From: Azolla caroliniana
Taxonomy: Eukaryota; Plantae; Polypodiophyta
NCBI GenBank assembly: GCA_043228905.1
Contig: JBHGNT010000015.1
Location: forward strand, 17,174,001 to 17,238,000
DNA: 64,000 nucleotides
Reading direction: 5' to 3'
The notes under the pieces are model-generated. The model ran no database searches. It was not told the DNA's origin and saw only the letters and a list, made by a program, of their open reading frames with translations. Position 1 is the stretch's first letter. Each line of letters opens with the position of its first letter. Made by a program: the position numbers and the translations under genes. Below are positions 24,463 to 36,549 of this stretch, in pieces.

Positions 24463-26327
24463 GCATGTATGTAATGGAGTTGAATATCCAAACATGTGAT
24501 AGATCCGACTTCCTTCTGAAAAACTTCTCGTGCGGGGCAACCTCATGCACTCCGGATGTTGTGCACCGATTCATTAGGTAGACGGTTGTGTTTGTGGCTT
24601 CTGCCTAGTACGACTTCGGCATTAGCTTTTCATTAATCATGGCCGTGCTACTTCGAGGATGTGCCGAATTTTTCATTTGGCCACTCCGTTTTGTTGTGGA
24701 GTATGTCGACACAAAAACTGTCGCCGAATGCCTTCTTTCCGTAGAAAAGACGACAATTCGTCGAAGAAGTAATCCTTGCCTCCATCCGACCGAAGACATC
24801 ATACATGTCAGCCCTTGGCTTTCTTGACTTCATTCTTAAATTTTTGGAAGTGTCCGAACACTTCGCTTCTTTGCCGCATGGGGTAGATCCAGGTGTGCTG
24901 GGAGAAGTCGTTGATGAAGGCCACATAGTATCGGCATCCGCCGAATGTAGCCTTCTAAGCCGGACCCCATATATCGGAATGAATTACGTCGAGTACGCCT
25001 TTGCTCACGTTCCGCTCCTTCAGAAATGGGTGCTGATGTTGTTTGCCGAATTGGCAAGCGGCACACACGCCTTCAATCTCTTTTTCCTTGAATGTAGGGA
25101 GCCCAATGACGACTCTTTTCGATTGCATTGCCTTGAGCTTTTGGAGGTTGATATGGCCAATCCGCTTGTGCCATAACTCTATGTTGGAATCGGCTTTCGT
25201 GCCCTTTGCGAACATGGACGATTTGATCTCGTGCGAGTCGAGAATGAACATTCGGCCACGAGTAATGAGTCAGCCCTCTTTTTGGATGAAGCAACCGCCT
25301 TGATTAAATCGTACTTGCATCCCTTGCTCAACAATTTGGCCGACGAAGACCAAATTCTTTGTAATGGTTGGTACATGCAAGACATTCTTAATAAAAGTTT
25401 GGTTACCTTCTTTTCTGAATGGAACATTGCCGATGTGCTGAATCGGATGAGTAGTGTAATCTCTGGTTTCAAATAGCCGGGTCGTTCCGGCTCTCGAAGT
25501 TCTCGAAACCATTCTTGATGAGACGTCATATGGTTCGAGGCACCGGAGTCGACAAACCATACGTCTTCCGTGTTGAGAAACGAATCGTCAATACACAAGA
25601 ATAGGAATATGTTGAAATACACAACTCTGAAACACAGAAAACAGTGTACACAGATTTAATGTGGAAAACCCTAAAACGAGAGAAAACCACGGAGAACGAA
25701 TCTTCACTATATAGTGTATAAACAAAACCAAGATCAGAGTACAACACTCTCTACACATGGTGTAAATAGCCTCGCAAGATCTTGGTGTATGCTGTTTCTA
25801 AAGCACAGTTATGGCGTCGCTCCCACACACACTCTTCTCTCTAACGCTACAGAGGTTCACCCATATATATATATCTTAATGTTCTATTTGCCCTAGGTGT
25901 ATTTATACTAATACATAGAATGGGCTATTTACAATCATGGCCATTATTATTATCCAATAATAATAATAATAGTCTTACTAATCAGCCGACTCATTCGTCA
26001 ACTGTCAGGTCGGTCTAACTAGTCGGCCTGCTCATCCACCATCCGGTCGACCCGACTAGCCAATCGTTTTTTTGACTTGATCAACTCACTCTGAGTCAAC
26101 TCCTCAACTGTCGGTTGTTCCCTGTCTTTGACTATCGGCTCTCTCCGAGCAGTTGGCTACTCCCACTACAGGGACATATTCCTAACATTCCGTACCAGAG
26201 GAACTAGTTGAAGTAGAAGTCGATATAGAATTTGCTCTATGTCTCATCACAAACATTCCGCCACGATCGTCATAGTCGGAGTTGGTGGCATAATTAGTGA
26301 GTTGTCGTATGCAATGGAGCTGAATAT
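24463..26327 (-). repeat. Segment A': older, diverged duplicate of 10399-12243 (integrase, protease, solo LTR B at 25571-26187), followed by a 22-nt restart
   Basis: Collinear with 10399-12243 with scattered substitutions and the same LTR B insertion (TSD TTCCG). 26306-26327 matches 10402-10423 exactly. Confidence 0.88.
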
Positions 26328-28436
26328 AGAGCATGTCTCTGTTGTAACCACCGCTAGGCGAAGATCGTGAGCAGGAGGTCGTTGCCTTTATGCTCCCTGT
26401 TGTAATTGTTGGCATAGTGATAGTTTGGAGTGTGTGGACTCCCGTGGTTTTTCCCTCTAAGAGTTTTCCATGTTAACATCCTGTGTATTCTCTTTTCTAT
26501 TTGGGTACTTACCTCTATTCTCATTTCTTCTGTGTTCGATTGTGATCAAGTGATCTACGCTTCGGTTGTGACCAGAGATTATTCCGCGTATTTCCCTGTC
26601 AATTGGTATCAGAACGAAAAGACACAAAGAAAATGGACGATTCGTTGGGAGGCATGTTCAAGCTCACCAGCTCCAACTACTCAGTGTGGAAGTCGAAGAT
26701 GAGGGACATGCTGGTGGTCAAAGATCTTTGGTTGCCGGTTCAATTCGGGGACAAAAGATCGAACAAAATCAACGCCACTATATGGGAGGTGATGCATGTG
26801 AAGACAACTGCATACATACGGTGCTTCATCGACATGAGTTTATTCAACAACTTCAATGAAGAGAGCAAGGCTCATGAGCTCTGGGAGAAGATCGGCATTA
26901 TGTTTTAGAACAAAAATGTTGTTAATCAGGTGTCGGTATTTTGGAAGCTAGTAAGACTCCGGTACCAAGATGGCTCCAGCATGGCGGAGCACATGAATGC
27001 CTTCCAGGGGTTGATCCACCAGGCAACATCATTGGAAGTACCTCTCGCCGATGAGGTACTAGCACTACTCATGCTCGGTTCCCTCCCAGATAGCTGGGAG
27101 ACGTTGGTTGTCACTTTGGGCAACGCCGGGCCAGAAGGGAAATGGTTATCCCTAGCAAGAGTGAAGTCGAGCTTGCTAGATGAGGAGGCGAGTCGGAAAG
27201 ACAAGGATACGAGCTCCAACTCCAAAGCACTCCTTACCGAATCGGAACGCGGAAGACAAAGGAACCGTAGTCCCTAGAACCGGGAAAAGTCGGGGACACG
27301 GTCAAAGTCAAGGGGGAGGCCTACCTGCTTCTATTGCGGCAAGCCGGGACACTTCCAGAAGAACTGTCGGCACTTCCGAAAAGACAAGGAAACTGACGGT
27401 ACCGATTCGAAGCGGACACTGGATCGGAACAGTAAAGACCGGAGGGGGCCAGACCGGAAGGGAACGACGGCAATCGCGGCAAGTGAAGAAGAGTTGATGC
27501 TCATCACCGAGGAGAGTGAGTTGAACCTTGCCGACGATGAGACAACGTGGGTTGTTGATTCCGGAGCGTCGTTCCATCTTACCCCGGACCGTAAATACTT
27601 CTCATCCTACACAGCCGGTGATCACGGTTGTGTCCGGATGGGGAATGAAGGTACATGCCAAATTGTCGGCATAGGAAGTGTGTGGTTGACAACACCAACC
27701 GGATGCAATCTACTACTGAATGATGTCCGACACTTTCCTAAGGTTCGACTGAACCTGATATCAGCCGATCGGCTAGATGATGAAGGCTACACGGGTAGCA
27801 TCCGGAACGGAGTCATGAAATTCAGCAAAGGGAGCCTGATAGTGGCTCGGGCCCAGAAGGTCAACACGTTGCACTTGATGAATGCCCGGTTATGCCCGGA
27901 AAAAGTGAACGTGGCTTCCGACACTGCCGGTGAGCTGTGGCACAAGAGATTGTGTCACATGAGCGTGAAGGGGATGAAGAGGTTGCCGATAACAACCTCA
28001 TTCCGGTGAAGAACGTGCATCTTGAGAGGTGCACCGACTACCTGGCCGGTAAGCAAAACCGGACCTCCTTCCGATCAAGGCCACCAATGAGACGTAATGC
28101 ACCACTGGAGTTGGTGCATACTGATGTGTGTCAAGTGGACACAAAGATGCCGGATCGCAGTACTTCGTGACGTTCATAGATGACCACATCCGGAAGCTAT
28201 GGGCCACACCGTTGAAGACGAAGGATCAGGTGCTATCCGTCTTCAAAGAGCTCCACGCGAGAGTGGAAAGAGAAACCGGCCGGAAGCTGAAGGCGGTTCG
28301 AGCAGATAACGGAGGAGAATATCGGGGGCAATTCGAGGTGTACTGCCGCTCGAAGGTAATCCGGCTCGAATTTTCCGTGTCGAAAACGCCGGAACTAAAC
28401 GGGTTGGCCGAGAGGATGGAACGGACCATAATGGAG

Positions 28437-28887
28437 TGTCAGGAATAGTACTAAACAGAGAGAGGATTAGTACTAGAGAAGGGAGGTACTATTAGTACTA
28501 AGAGGACGGGACTGTGTAAGACTCCCGAGAGAGGAAGAGAGAAGTGGAGAGTGAGAGATAGCGAGGATGAGAGAGAGAGAGAGAGAGAGAGATGATGATA
28601 ACATATTATATATTATAAGAAGAGTAAGTACAAAAGGGCTATGAGGCTAAAGATTGGTGTTGAACCAATTTGGTTCAACATAATGCCTAGTGCCCTCTTT
28701 TATAGTGTTCTCAGGAGTAATCCTGAAGCTTCTAGAATGTTCAAGAGAAATCTGGAATATACATTAATTTCCTATAATAAAATGTAAATGAAAATAATAT
28801 CCTACGTATTACAATAGATGATATAATGGTCAAGAGCTCGACCCATATAACCTAAGTTATGGGTTCGAGTCTTGCCATATCATGACA
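28437..28887 (-). repeat. 3' LTR of chromovirus E
   Basis: Direct repeat of 33688-34140, adjacent to the PPT. Confidence 0.95.
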
Positions 28888-31800
28888 CTATCCCCCCTTT
28901 AAAACGACGAGTGTCACGAGTCGATTTGGATAGAGGACCCGGTTTGTGTGGATATTGACGATGGAAGTCTTCAAGAAGCGCACAAGCATTGGTAACATTC
29001 TCGATCGGTTCCCAAGTACGTTCATTGGGACTATAGCCTAACCAATCGACTAGATAGTAGAGCTTGTTGCGAACAATCTTGGAGTCAAGGATGGCAGCAA
29101 CCTCGTACTCTGGTCCATTTTCAAGCTCGATCGGGGGTGGAGGTTGTATAATACGTCCTGGGATGATGCTCTCATGATAGGGTTCAAGGAGAGAACTATG
29201 AAAAACCGGATGTATCCGAAGTTGAGGAGGTAGATCGAGGCGAAAAGAGACATCATTAATCTTTCCGATAATACGAAAGGGACCTAATCGCCGATAATCC
29301 AACTTCTCACATGGTCGAGTAGGCTTGATGTGTCGTCGTAGCAGCCACACCCGATCTCCAATGTTAAAACTAGATGGAAGTCGATGACGATCCGCGTAGA
29401 CCTTGTGTGTTTGTTGAGCTTGTTGGAGATGAGTAGATAAATCTGCTTGTATCTTGCGTAACTGCTCCAAACGATCCTCTGCTCAAGGATTTTGGACACC
29501 TCTGGGGTTTCAAGTACACTCCACCAAGGGTGACATCCCGTATAAGCATAAAAGGGCATAACTTTAGTCGATGCGTGGATAGAGTTATTATAGGCAAATT
29601 CGTCGAAGTGGAGAATTTCGGCCCAGTTATCCTGATGATAGCTGAGAAAGCACCACAAATATTGCTCCAGCGTTTGATTTGTTCGTTCGGCTTGGCCATC
29701 GGTTTGTGGGTGGTAGCCGGAGGAGAGGTTGCAAGTGACCTTGAGCATTTTAAAAAGGTGCTTCCAGAATTTTGACACGAACTGGGGTCCACGATCGCTG
29801 ACAATACTATCGGGAAGTCCATGATGCCGACATACTTCACGCATGACAATTTCGGCGGTGTCTTCACCGGAGATTTCCTTAGTACATGGCAAGAAATGAG
29901 CCATCTTCGTATATCAATCTACCACTGTTAGGATCGCATTGAACCCCTTAGAGACTGGAAGATCTGTGATGAAGTCTAGAGCAATGGATTGCCATGGCTT
30001 GTTTGGAATTGGTAATGGTTCTAATAAACCATATGGATGATGCCTTGACATTTTCGTTCTGCAGCATGTATCACAAGTCCGAACAAAATCTTCGACAAAT
30101 TGTCGCATACGGGGCCATTAGAATGATCGTTGTACTAAATCTAATGTTTTAGTACTACCAAAATGCCCAGCTGTATATGTGTCATGACAATTTTGTACTA
30201 CTCGAAGGCGGCAAGAACCATTAGGAACATACAAAAGTTCTTTAAAGAAGAGTAATCCATCATGGTATTTGAATTGCCGATAGTCCGTACCTGGTGGTTG
30301 CGACTGTGAACACGACATTCGAGAGGGATCAATTTGTGCTAGTATGGCTTGGGCGAAAGCATCTGTCTTCAGGTCCGCACGTATGATATTGATAACGTGG
30401 GAATCCATGGGCATGCCAAAAACCTGTGTTGCTTGCAGTCGTGCCGGTCCCAAGATTACTTGCTTTTGATTATCGAAAGTTGGCTCGCCGGGACGCGGTG
30501 TTAGATACGAACGCCGTGATAATGCATCTGCCTTCCCTTGGTGCTTCCCCGGACCATATGTAATTTTGAAGTCGAAACGCGTGAGGAAATGGGCCCACCA
30601 AGCTTGACGTCGATTTAACACACGAGCATCCTAAAAGTAGGCAAGGTTTTTATGGTCACTAAATACGGTGACTTGATGAGAGAATCCCTCTAAAAAATGC
30701 CTCCATTGCATAAACGAGTCCACTATTGCCAATAGCTCCTTATCATGAATTTCGTAGTTGATTTCGGCGGCGTCGAACTTGCGTGAGTGAAAAGCCACAG
30801 GATGTAGCTTCTCCTCATTACCCCGTTGTGACAGAATGCTCCCCAATGCAAAATCCGATGCGTCAACTTCGATAATGAATGGTTTTTCCGGATCGACATG
30901 AACTAGAATTGGAGCCGATGTAAAAGCCTTTTTAAGACTCTCGAAAGCCATATCTGCTTCTTCAGACCAAACGAACGATTGTCCCTTCCTGGTAAGTTGT
31001 GTGAGAGGCAAAACGAGCTTTGAGTAATCTTGTATAAACTTCCGGTAAAAATTGGCAAAGCCTAAAAAACATTGCACATCCCGCACTGAGCGCGGAGTCT
31101 GCCATTCTACCACCGTCTTGACCTTAGTTGGGTCCATGGAGATGCCTTCTGATGAAATGACGTAGCCAAGAAATTCCACCTGGTTGCACCCGAAACTACA
31201 TTTTTCTAGCTTTGCGTAAAGACCATGTTCTCGAAGTTGTTTTAGTACTAACAGTACGTGAGAATCATGCTCTTCTTCGGTCTTTGAATAAACCAGTAGA
31301 TCATCCAAGTAGATGATCAAACACACGTCCAAGAGATCTCGGAATATATCATTTGCCATGTGCTGGAAGACTGTTGGCGCATTAGTGAGGCCAAATGGCA
31401 TGACCGTATACTCGAAGTGCCCATATCTAGTGCGGAACGCGGTCTTCCATTCATCTCCTGGTCGGATCCGTACGAGGTTATAGGCCCCCCCATAAGTCGA
31501 TCTTTGTGAAGAACCTGGCACCATTGATCCGTTCTAAAAGACTTGAGATAAGGGGAAGTGCATACCTATTGCGGATTGTAACTTTATTCAAGCCACGATA
31601 ATCTACCACTATACGAAATGAGCCATCTTTTTTCTTGACGAAGAAAATGGGTGCGCCGGCTGGAGATTTCGAATGTCGAATGAATCCATTCTCCAAATTC
31701 TCCTCTATATAGGCTCGAAGGACTTCTAGCTCGGTTGGTGACAAATTGTAGATCGGTCCCCATGGTGGCTCTTTCCCCGGTTGTAAATCGATGGGGCAAT

Positions 31801-32476
31801 CACATGGTCGATGGTGAGGAAGCATATTGGCTCGTACTTTATCGAATACATCGGCATAATGATGATACTTCTTTGGAAGTTGAACGGTGGACTCTTCTTT
31901 AATGATGTCGGAGGGTTTTAGTGATATTGCGAAGAGAAACATTTCTTCCTTGAGTCCTTCTTCCTGCAACTAATGTAGTGAAATGGTGGCAATCTTCTGA
32001 GTAGATCCTCGGGTTTGTCGACACCGGATTTCTCTTGTTCCCCAATCTATGTCTGGGTTATGTAACTCGAACCATGGTAATCCCAAAATGATGGGATGTT
32101 CTGGGATACTAATAATGTTAAATGATACTACACATGCTAAGTTATCTAGGACAATATTAACAGGTTCTGACTCTTCTATGATATTTCTGGAAGCAATGGG
32201 ACGACCATCAATGACGAATACAGAGGCTGGACACGGGAGTTTTCTAAGAGATATCTAATGAGCTTGGGGAAAATTCCTATCCATAAAGCAAGAATTAGCT
32301 CCGGAGTCTAGAAGTGCTTAGACGTGTACTTGAGGGGTACTTTTAGTACTAACTGTTACTTGGGCTACGAATACATCACTAACTTGCTTAGAGGGAATGG
32401 AACCACTAATGGTATGCACAGATCCAGGGTTGTCCAACCAAACGGCTCCTATTTTGGCTGGACTTAGTCGTTTAAC
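28880..32476 (-). pseudogene. pol of chromovirus E (PR, RT, RNase H, integrase, chromodomain) with several stops and frameshifts
   Basis: ALLDSGANS at ~32.3 kb; WKTAFRTRYGHFEY, YLDD, DASDFALG, SDRGPQF, LGPFRI; chromodomain EYEVAAILDSK...YLVDWLGY...TWEP. Confidence 0.93.
32432..32476 (-). promoter_or_regulatory. Putative -1 frameshift signal at the gag/pol junction (G_UUA_AAC plus 11-bp stem)
   Basis: The heptamer is in register at the end of gag (E-L-N-D-stop), followed by a 6-nt spacer and stem GTCCAGCCAAA/TTTGGTTGGAC. The -1 frame contains the protease motif. Confidence 0.75.
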
Positions 32477-33615
32477 TCCTCTTCTAACTGACTAAGGACA
32501 TCAAATTTGTTCGCTAGATCTAGGCTATTAGTACTATTCGTACTATCAGATATCCCCGCTGTAAAAGGCTTGGGTTTAGTACAATTAGAACTAGCAACTA
32601 TTTGGTTTACCTGTCTTCTTGGCCTATGGGGACAATTTATTGCAATGTGTCCTGGTCCACCGCAATAGAGACATAGTCGATTTGTTCGGCGTCGCGGCTT
32701 TTCTTCTTCAGATAATGGCCCTCGATGACGTGTAGTGTCAATCTCCATCGGAGTTGGAGTATTTACTGGAGGCGCATTATAGTACTCCCTCGGTAAAGGT
32801 TTTGCTACCATTGAGGCGTAGGTGGGCTCTGATCTTGCCGTCGGCATCTGTAGCTGTCGTTCCGAACGTCGCTCAAAGAGGCGGTTGTCACATCTCACCG
32901 CGCGACTGATTGCTTCTGTTAAAGACTTTGGCTCTTCAGGGAAAGTCAAGAGTAAATCCTTGACATCGTTGCGTAAACCATAACGAAATTGCTCCATCAA
33001 CGCTTGATCATCCCAAGGGATGTCAGCGGCGAGTAGGCGGAAATCTGTTGCGTATGCGGAGGCTGGACGGTCTCCTTGGCGCAATCGCCGGATTTTGTTG
33101 ATTGCGGTCCTTATGCTGTCAGTATCCCCAAAGCATGCTTTAAACTCACCTATAAACTCTTCAAAGTTGTTGAGTAATGGAGACTCCTTTTCCAACAGTG
33201 GAGCGAACCATGCCAACGTTGAGCCACTTAACAACGTCCCTACTAAACCCACTCGTGATGCATCGGTAGGATATCGAGAAGGATGCATTTGAATAACTAA
33301 TCGTACCTGATTAAGGAACCCTCTAAACTGTGATCGTGTTCCATCGAACTTCGTGGGAAGGCCAATCTTGGGTTCCTTATGAATCCCTTGTGTTCCGGGG
33401 CCTTGTTGTTGCATCACTACGATGGTTGCTTCGAGTTGTTGCACACGTAATGCAAGTTCCCCATGTTGTTGTTGCGTTTGCTGCTTTTCTAAGGAGATTT
33501 GTTGAAGATCCCCCAGCAACCGTTGATTTTCTTGTTCCAAAGCAAGGAACTTCTCTTTCAAACATTGAAACTCGGAGAAAATAGATTGATATTCCTGAGC
33601 GCTAACTGTGGCCAT
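32464..33615 (-). CDS. Gag of chromovirus E (intact 383-aa ORF; coiled coil, capsid, CCHC knuckle)
   Basis: PTKFDGTRSQFRGFL, LRQG...YA.DF, PTPMEID and CLYCGGPGHIAINC. Confidence 0.92.
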   Translation of the reverse strand: MATVSAQEYQSIFSEFQCLKEKFLALEQENQRLLGDLQQISLEKQQTQQQHGELALRVQQLEATIVVMQQQGPGTQGIHKEPKIGLPTKFDGTRSQFRGFLNQVRLVIQMHPSRYPTDASRVGLVGTLLSGSTLAWFAPLLEKESPLLNNFEEFIGEFKACFGDTDSIRTAINKIRRLRQGDRPASAYATDFRLLAADIPWDDQALMEQFRYGLRNDVKDLLLTFPEEPKSLTEAISRAVRCDNRLFERRSERQLQMPTARSEPTYASMVAKPLPREYYNAPPVNTPTPMEIDTTRHRGPLSEEEKPRRRTNRLCLYCGGPGHIAINCPHRPRRQVNQIVASSNCTKPKPFTAGISDSTNSTNSLDLANKFDVLSQLEEELND

Positions 33616-33687
33616 GGGATGAAAAAGAAAAGCGGAATAAGATATTAGTATGAAGGGAGAGAGACAGAAGGGAAATTTGGTTCAAAC

Positions 33688-33816
33688 TGTCAGGAATAGT
33701 ACTAAATAGAGAGAGGATTAGTACTAGAGAAGGGAGGTATTATTAGTACTAAGAGGACGGGACTGTGTAAGACTCCCGAGAGAGGAAGAGAGAAGAGGAG
33801 AGCGAGAGATAGCGAG

Positions 33817-33851
<35 letters not shown>

Positions 33852-34140
33852 GATAACAGATTATATATTATAAGAAGAGTAAGTACAAAAGGGCTATGAG
33901 GCTAAAGACTAGCGTTGAACCAATTTGGTTCAACATAATGCCTAGTGCCCTCTTTTATAGTGTTCTCAGGAGTAATCCTGAAGCTTCTAGAATGTTCCAG
34001 AGAAATCTGGAATATACATTAATTTCCTATAATAAAATGTAAATGAAAATATCCTATGTATTACAATAGATGATATAATGGTCAAGAGCTCGACCCATAT
34101 AACCTAAGGTTATGGGTTCGAGTCTTGCCATATCATGACA
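33688..34140 (-). repeat. 5' LTR of chromovirus E
   Basis: Direct repeat of 28437-28887. The TSD TGGAG follows at 34141-34145. Confidence 0.95.
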
Positions 34141-35795
34141 TGGAGAGGGTCCAGAGTATGCTGGTACATGCAAAATTACCCAAGACGTTTTGGGTTGAGG
34201 CACTGTCGACGGCGACATACGTGATAAACAGATCACCCTCAGTACCCTTGGACGGAGACACGCCGCAGAGAGTATGGACCGGTAAGGAAGTGTCCTACTG
34301 GCATCTGAAGGTGTTCGGGTGTCTCGCGTACGTGCATGTAGCTAAGGACCGGAGAGGAAAGTTGGATCCAAAGACCCGACCATGCATATTCCTTGGTTAC
34401 TGCGATGATGAGTTGGGCTACCGAGTGTGGGACCTGGCCGACAAGAAGGTATTCCGGAGTCGAGATATTATCTTCATGGAGGACAAGACGCTCGTCGACT
34501 GGGAGTCGGAGAAGAAGATAATGAACTCCGAGTCGACCGGTAAGGATCGATTCTACGATGAGCAGACCCAACCGGCAAGAGACCGGTTAGCACTCGATGA
34601 ACCGGCCGGTGACGGTAAGGAGACAAGACAGGCCGAAGAAGAAGGAATAGGTGAAACCGGAACCAGCCAAGACCCCGAATCGGATTCGGATGAAGAACAA
34701 ATAGAGGAGTCGGTTGCCGAAAGCCAAAGACGGAGATATCCTCTCAGAGAGAGAAGGGCCCCCTAGAGATTTCCAGATGCAGAGCATGTGCTGCTGACCG
34801 ATGAGGGGGAGCCGGAAAGCTTCGAAGAAGCGAAGGATGACACCAATAGCCGCAAGTGGTTGAGTGCCATGCAGGATGAGATGGATTCCTTGCATGAGAA
34901 CCACACGTATGAATTGGTGGAGTTGCCGAAAGGAAAGAGGGCACTCCAAAACAAGTGGGTGTACAAGTTGAAACCGGGAGATGCTGGAAACCCTCCAAGG
35001 TACAAAGCCAGGATCGTGGTGAAGGGGTTCCAGCAGAAGAAGGGTGTGGACTTCGATGAGATATTTGCCCCAGTAGTAAAGATGACTTCCATCCGGACGG
35101 TGTTGAGCATAGCGGCAAGCATGGACCTCAAGATAGAGCAGCTAGACGTGAAGACGGCATTCCTTCACGGTGACCTCGAAGAGGAGATCTACATGCCGCA
35201 ACCAGAAGGATTCGTGGAGAAAGGGAAGGAGCACCTGGTTTTCCGGTTGAAGAAGAGCTTGTACGGACTGAAGCAGGCTCCTCGACAATGGTACCGGAAG
35301 TTCGACTCCTTCATGACCGACCAAGGGTATCACAAAACGCAAACCAATCACTACGTGTTTGTGAAGGATTTCGAAGGAGGTGACTTCCTGATACTCCTTC
35401 TGTACGTGGACGACATGTTGATCGTCGGACGGGACCAAGCCAAAATACGGATGCTGAAGAAGGCTCTCAACCGAACTTTCTCAATGAAAGACTTGGGCCC
35501 GGCAAGACAGATATTGGGGAGGCACATCATTCGGGACCTGTCAAAGAAGCAATTGTGGTTGTCACAGGAGAAATACGTGACAAAGGTGCTTCAGCGGTTC
35601 AACATGTTAGAAGCAAAACCGGTCGGATCGACACTCCCGGCAAACTGCAGACTATCCGGTAAGCAAAGCCCGAAGACGAAAGCAGAGAAGGCGGATATGG
35701 TGAAGGTTCCATATGCCTCTGTCGTCGGGAGCTTGATGTAGGCAATGGCGTGTACTCGGTCAGACATTGGATACACAGTCGGAGTGGTGAGCCGG

Positions 35796-36549
35796 TGTCG
35801 CGTTGTTACGCTCGTGCGTGTAGAAAGGCGGGACCACGGGGGTCCTGGACTAGGGAGTGACGGAGCGCAGGAAGTCATGCTTCACCCTTTTCGGGGCACC
35901 CCAGGAGCACACCGGAAGCAACCGAACGAGAGAGAGAAACAGAGGGAGACAGAGAGGGAGCGCGCGCTTGACACCGACTCGCACACACACACACACCGAC
36001 CCGACTCACGCCCTTATGTGCAGGAACGCAGGAAAGGGGAAGCACCCGACACCAACAGAGACACGAGTATACACAGACAGACGCAAAAGTATGTATTTCA
36101 AGGGAAAGAATACAACCCCGGCCTCGAGCCGAACCAAGCTAGGGTAGGTTACAACAGCAGTCTACAGCCAAGCCGCCGTCCGGGGAGCTCTCGGGCTCGT
36201 CACGCAGAGCGGGGTCTTGCACAGGAGACCGAGCGGGAACAACCCTCCACAGTCCACCCACACCGCAAAGAAGAGGAAGAAGAAGTAGAGGAACTAACCC
36301 TAAATCTAACGGTATACCCTCTAACACAAAATGGGCAACCCCCTCGAAGAGGGGCGCTCCCTTCCTTTTATAGAACAAGGAGAGGGATGCGTTACAATGT
36401 GGGATAAATCCCGACTTAACTATTGTTCGGCGCCATAAAGGCGCCCTCGTCATTCACACTAAATGTACAAGGGTCAGCGCACATGTTGCACCCCGCCGAT
36501 GTGGCCAACATTTCCCGGTTTCCGCCTCTGACTGAAATTCTTCACGACA
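35796..36549 (-). mobile_element. Solo LTR H (754 bp) of the TGTCGTGAAG gypsy group, inserted in the RT of copia D
   Basis: TGTCGCGTTGTTACGC...CTTCACGACA, the same termini as 3874-4556. 4-bp TSD CCGG. Removal restores GVVSR-FMSNP. Confidence 0.92.

Larger units (their letters stand above)
10970..25438. repeat. Recent tandem segmental duplication, period 7032 bp
   Basis: The ORF track repeats at exactly +7032 (e.g. 12895/19927, 16197/23229, 17573/24605). I saw only two substitutions between the copies by eye (~11428/18459 and ~11696/18728). Confidence 0.95.
28437..34140 (-). mobile_element. Full-length chromovirus E (Tcn1-like Ty3/gypsy) inserted in the integrase of copia D
   Basis: LTRs 28437-28887 and 33688-34140 (TGTC...GACA; about 10 substitutions plus 3 indels by eye), 5-bp TSD TGGAG, PPT AAAGGGGGGATAG. 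Order gag-PR-RT(YLDD)-RH-IN-GPF-chromodomain. Confidence 0.96.
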
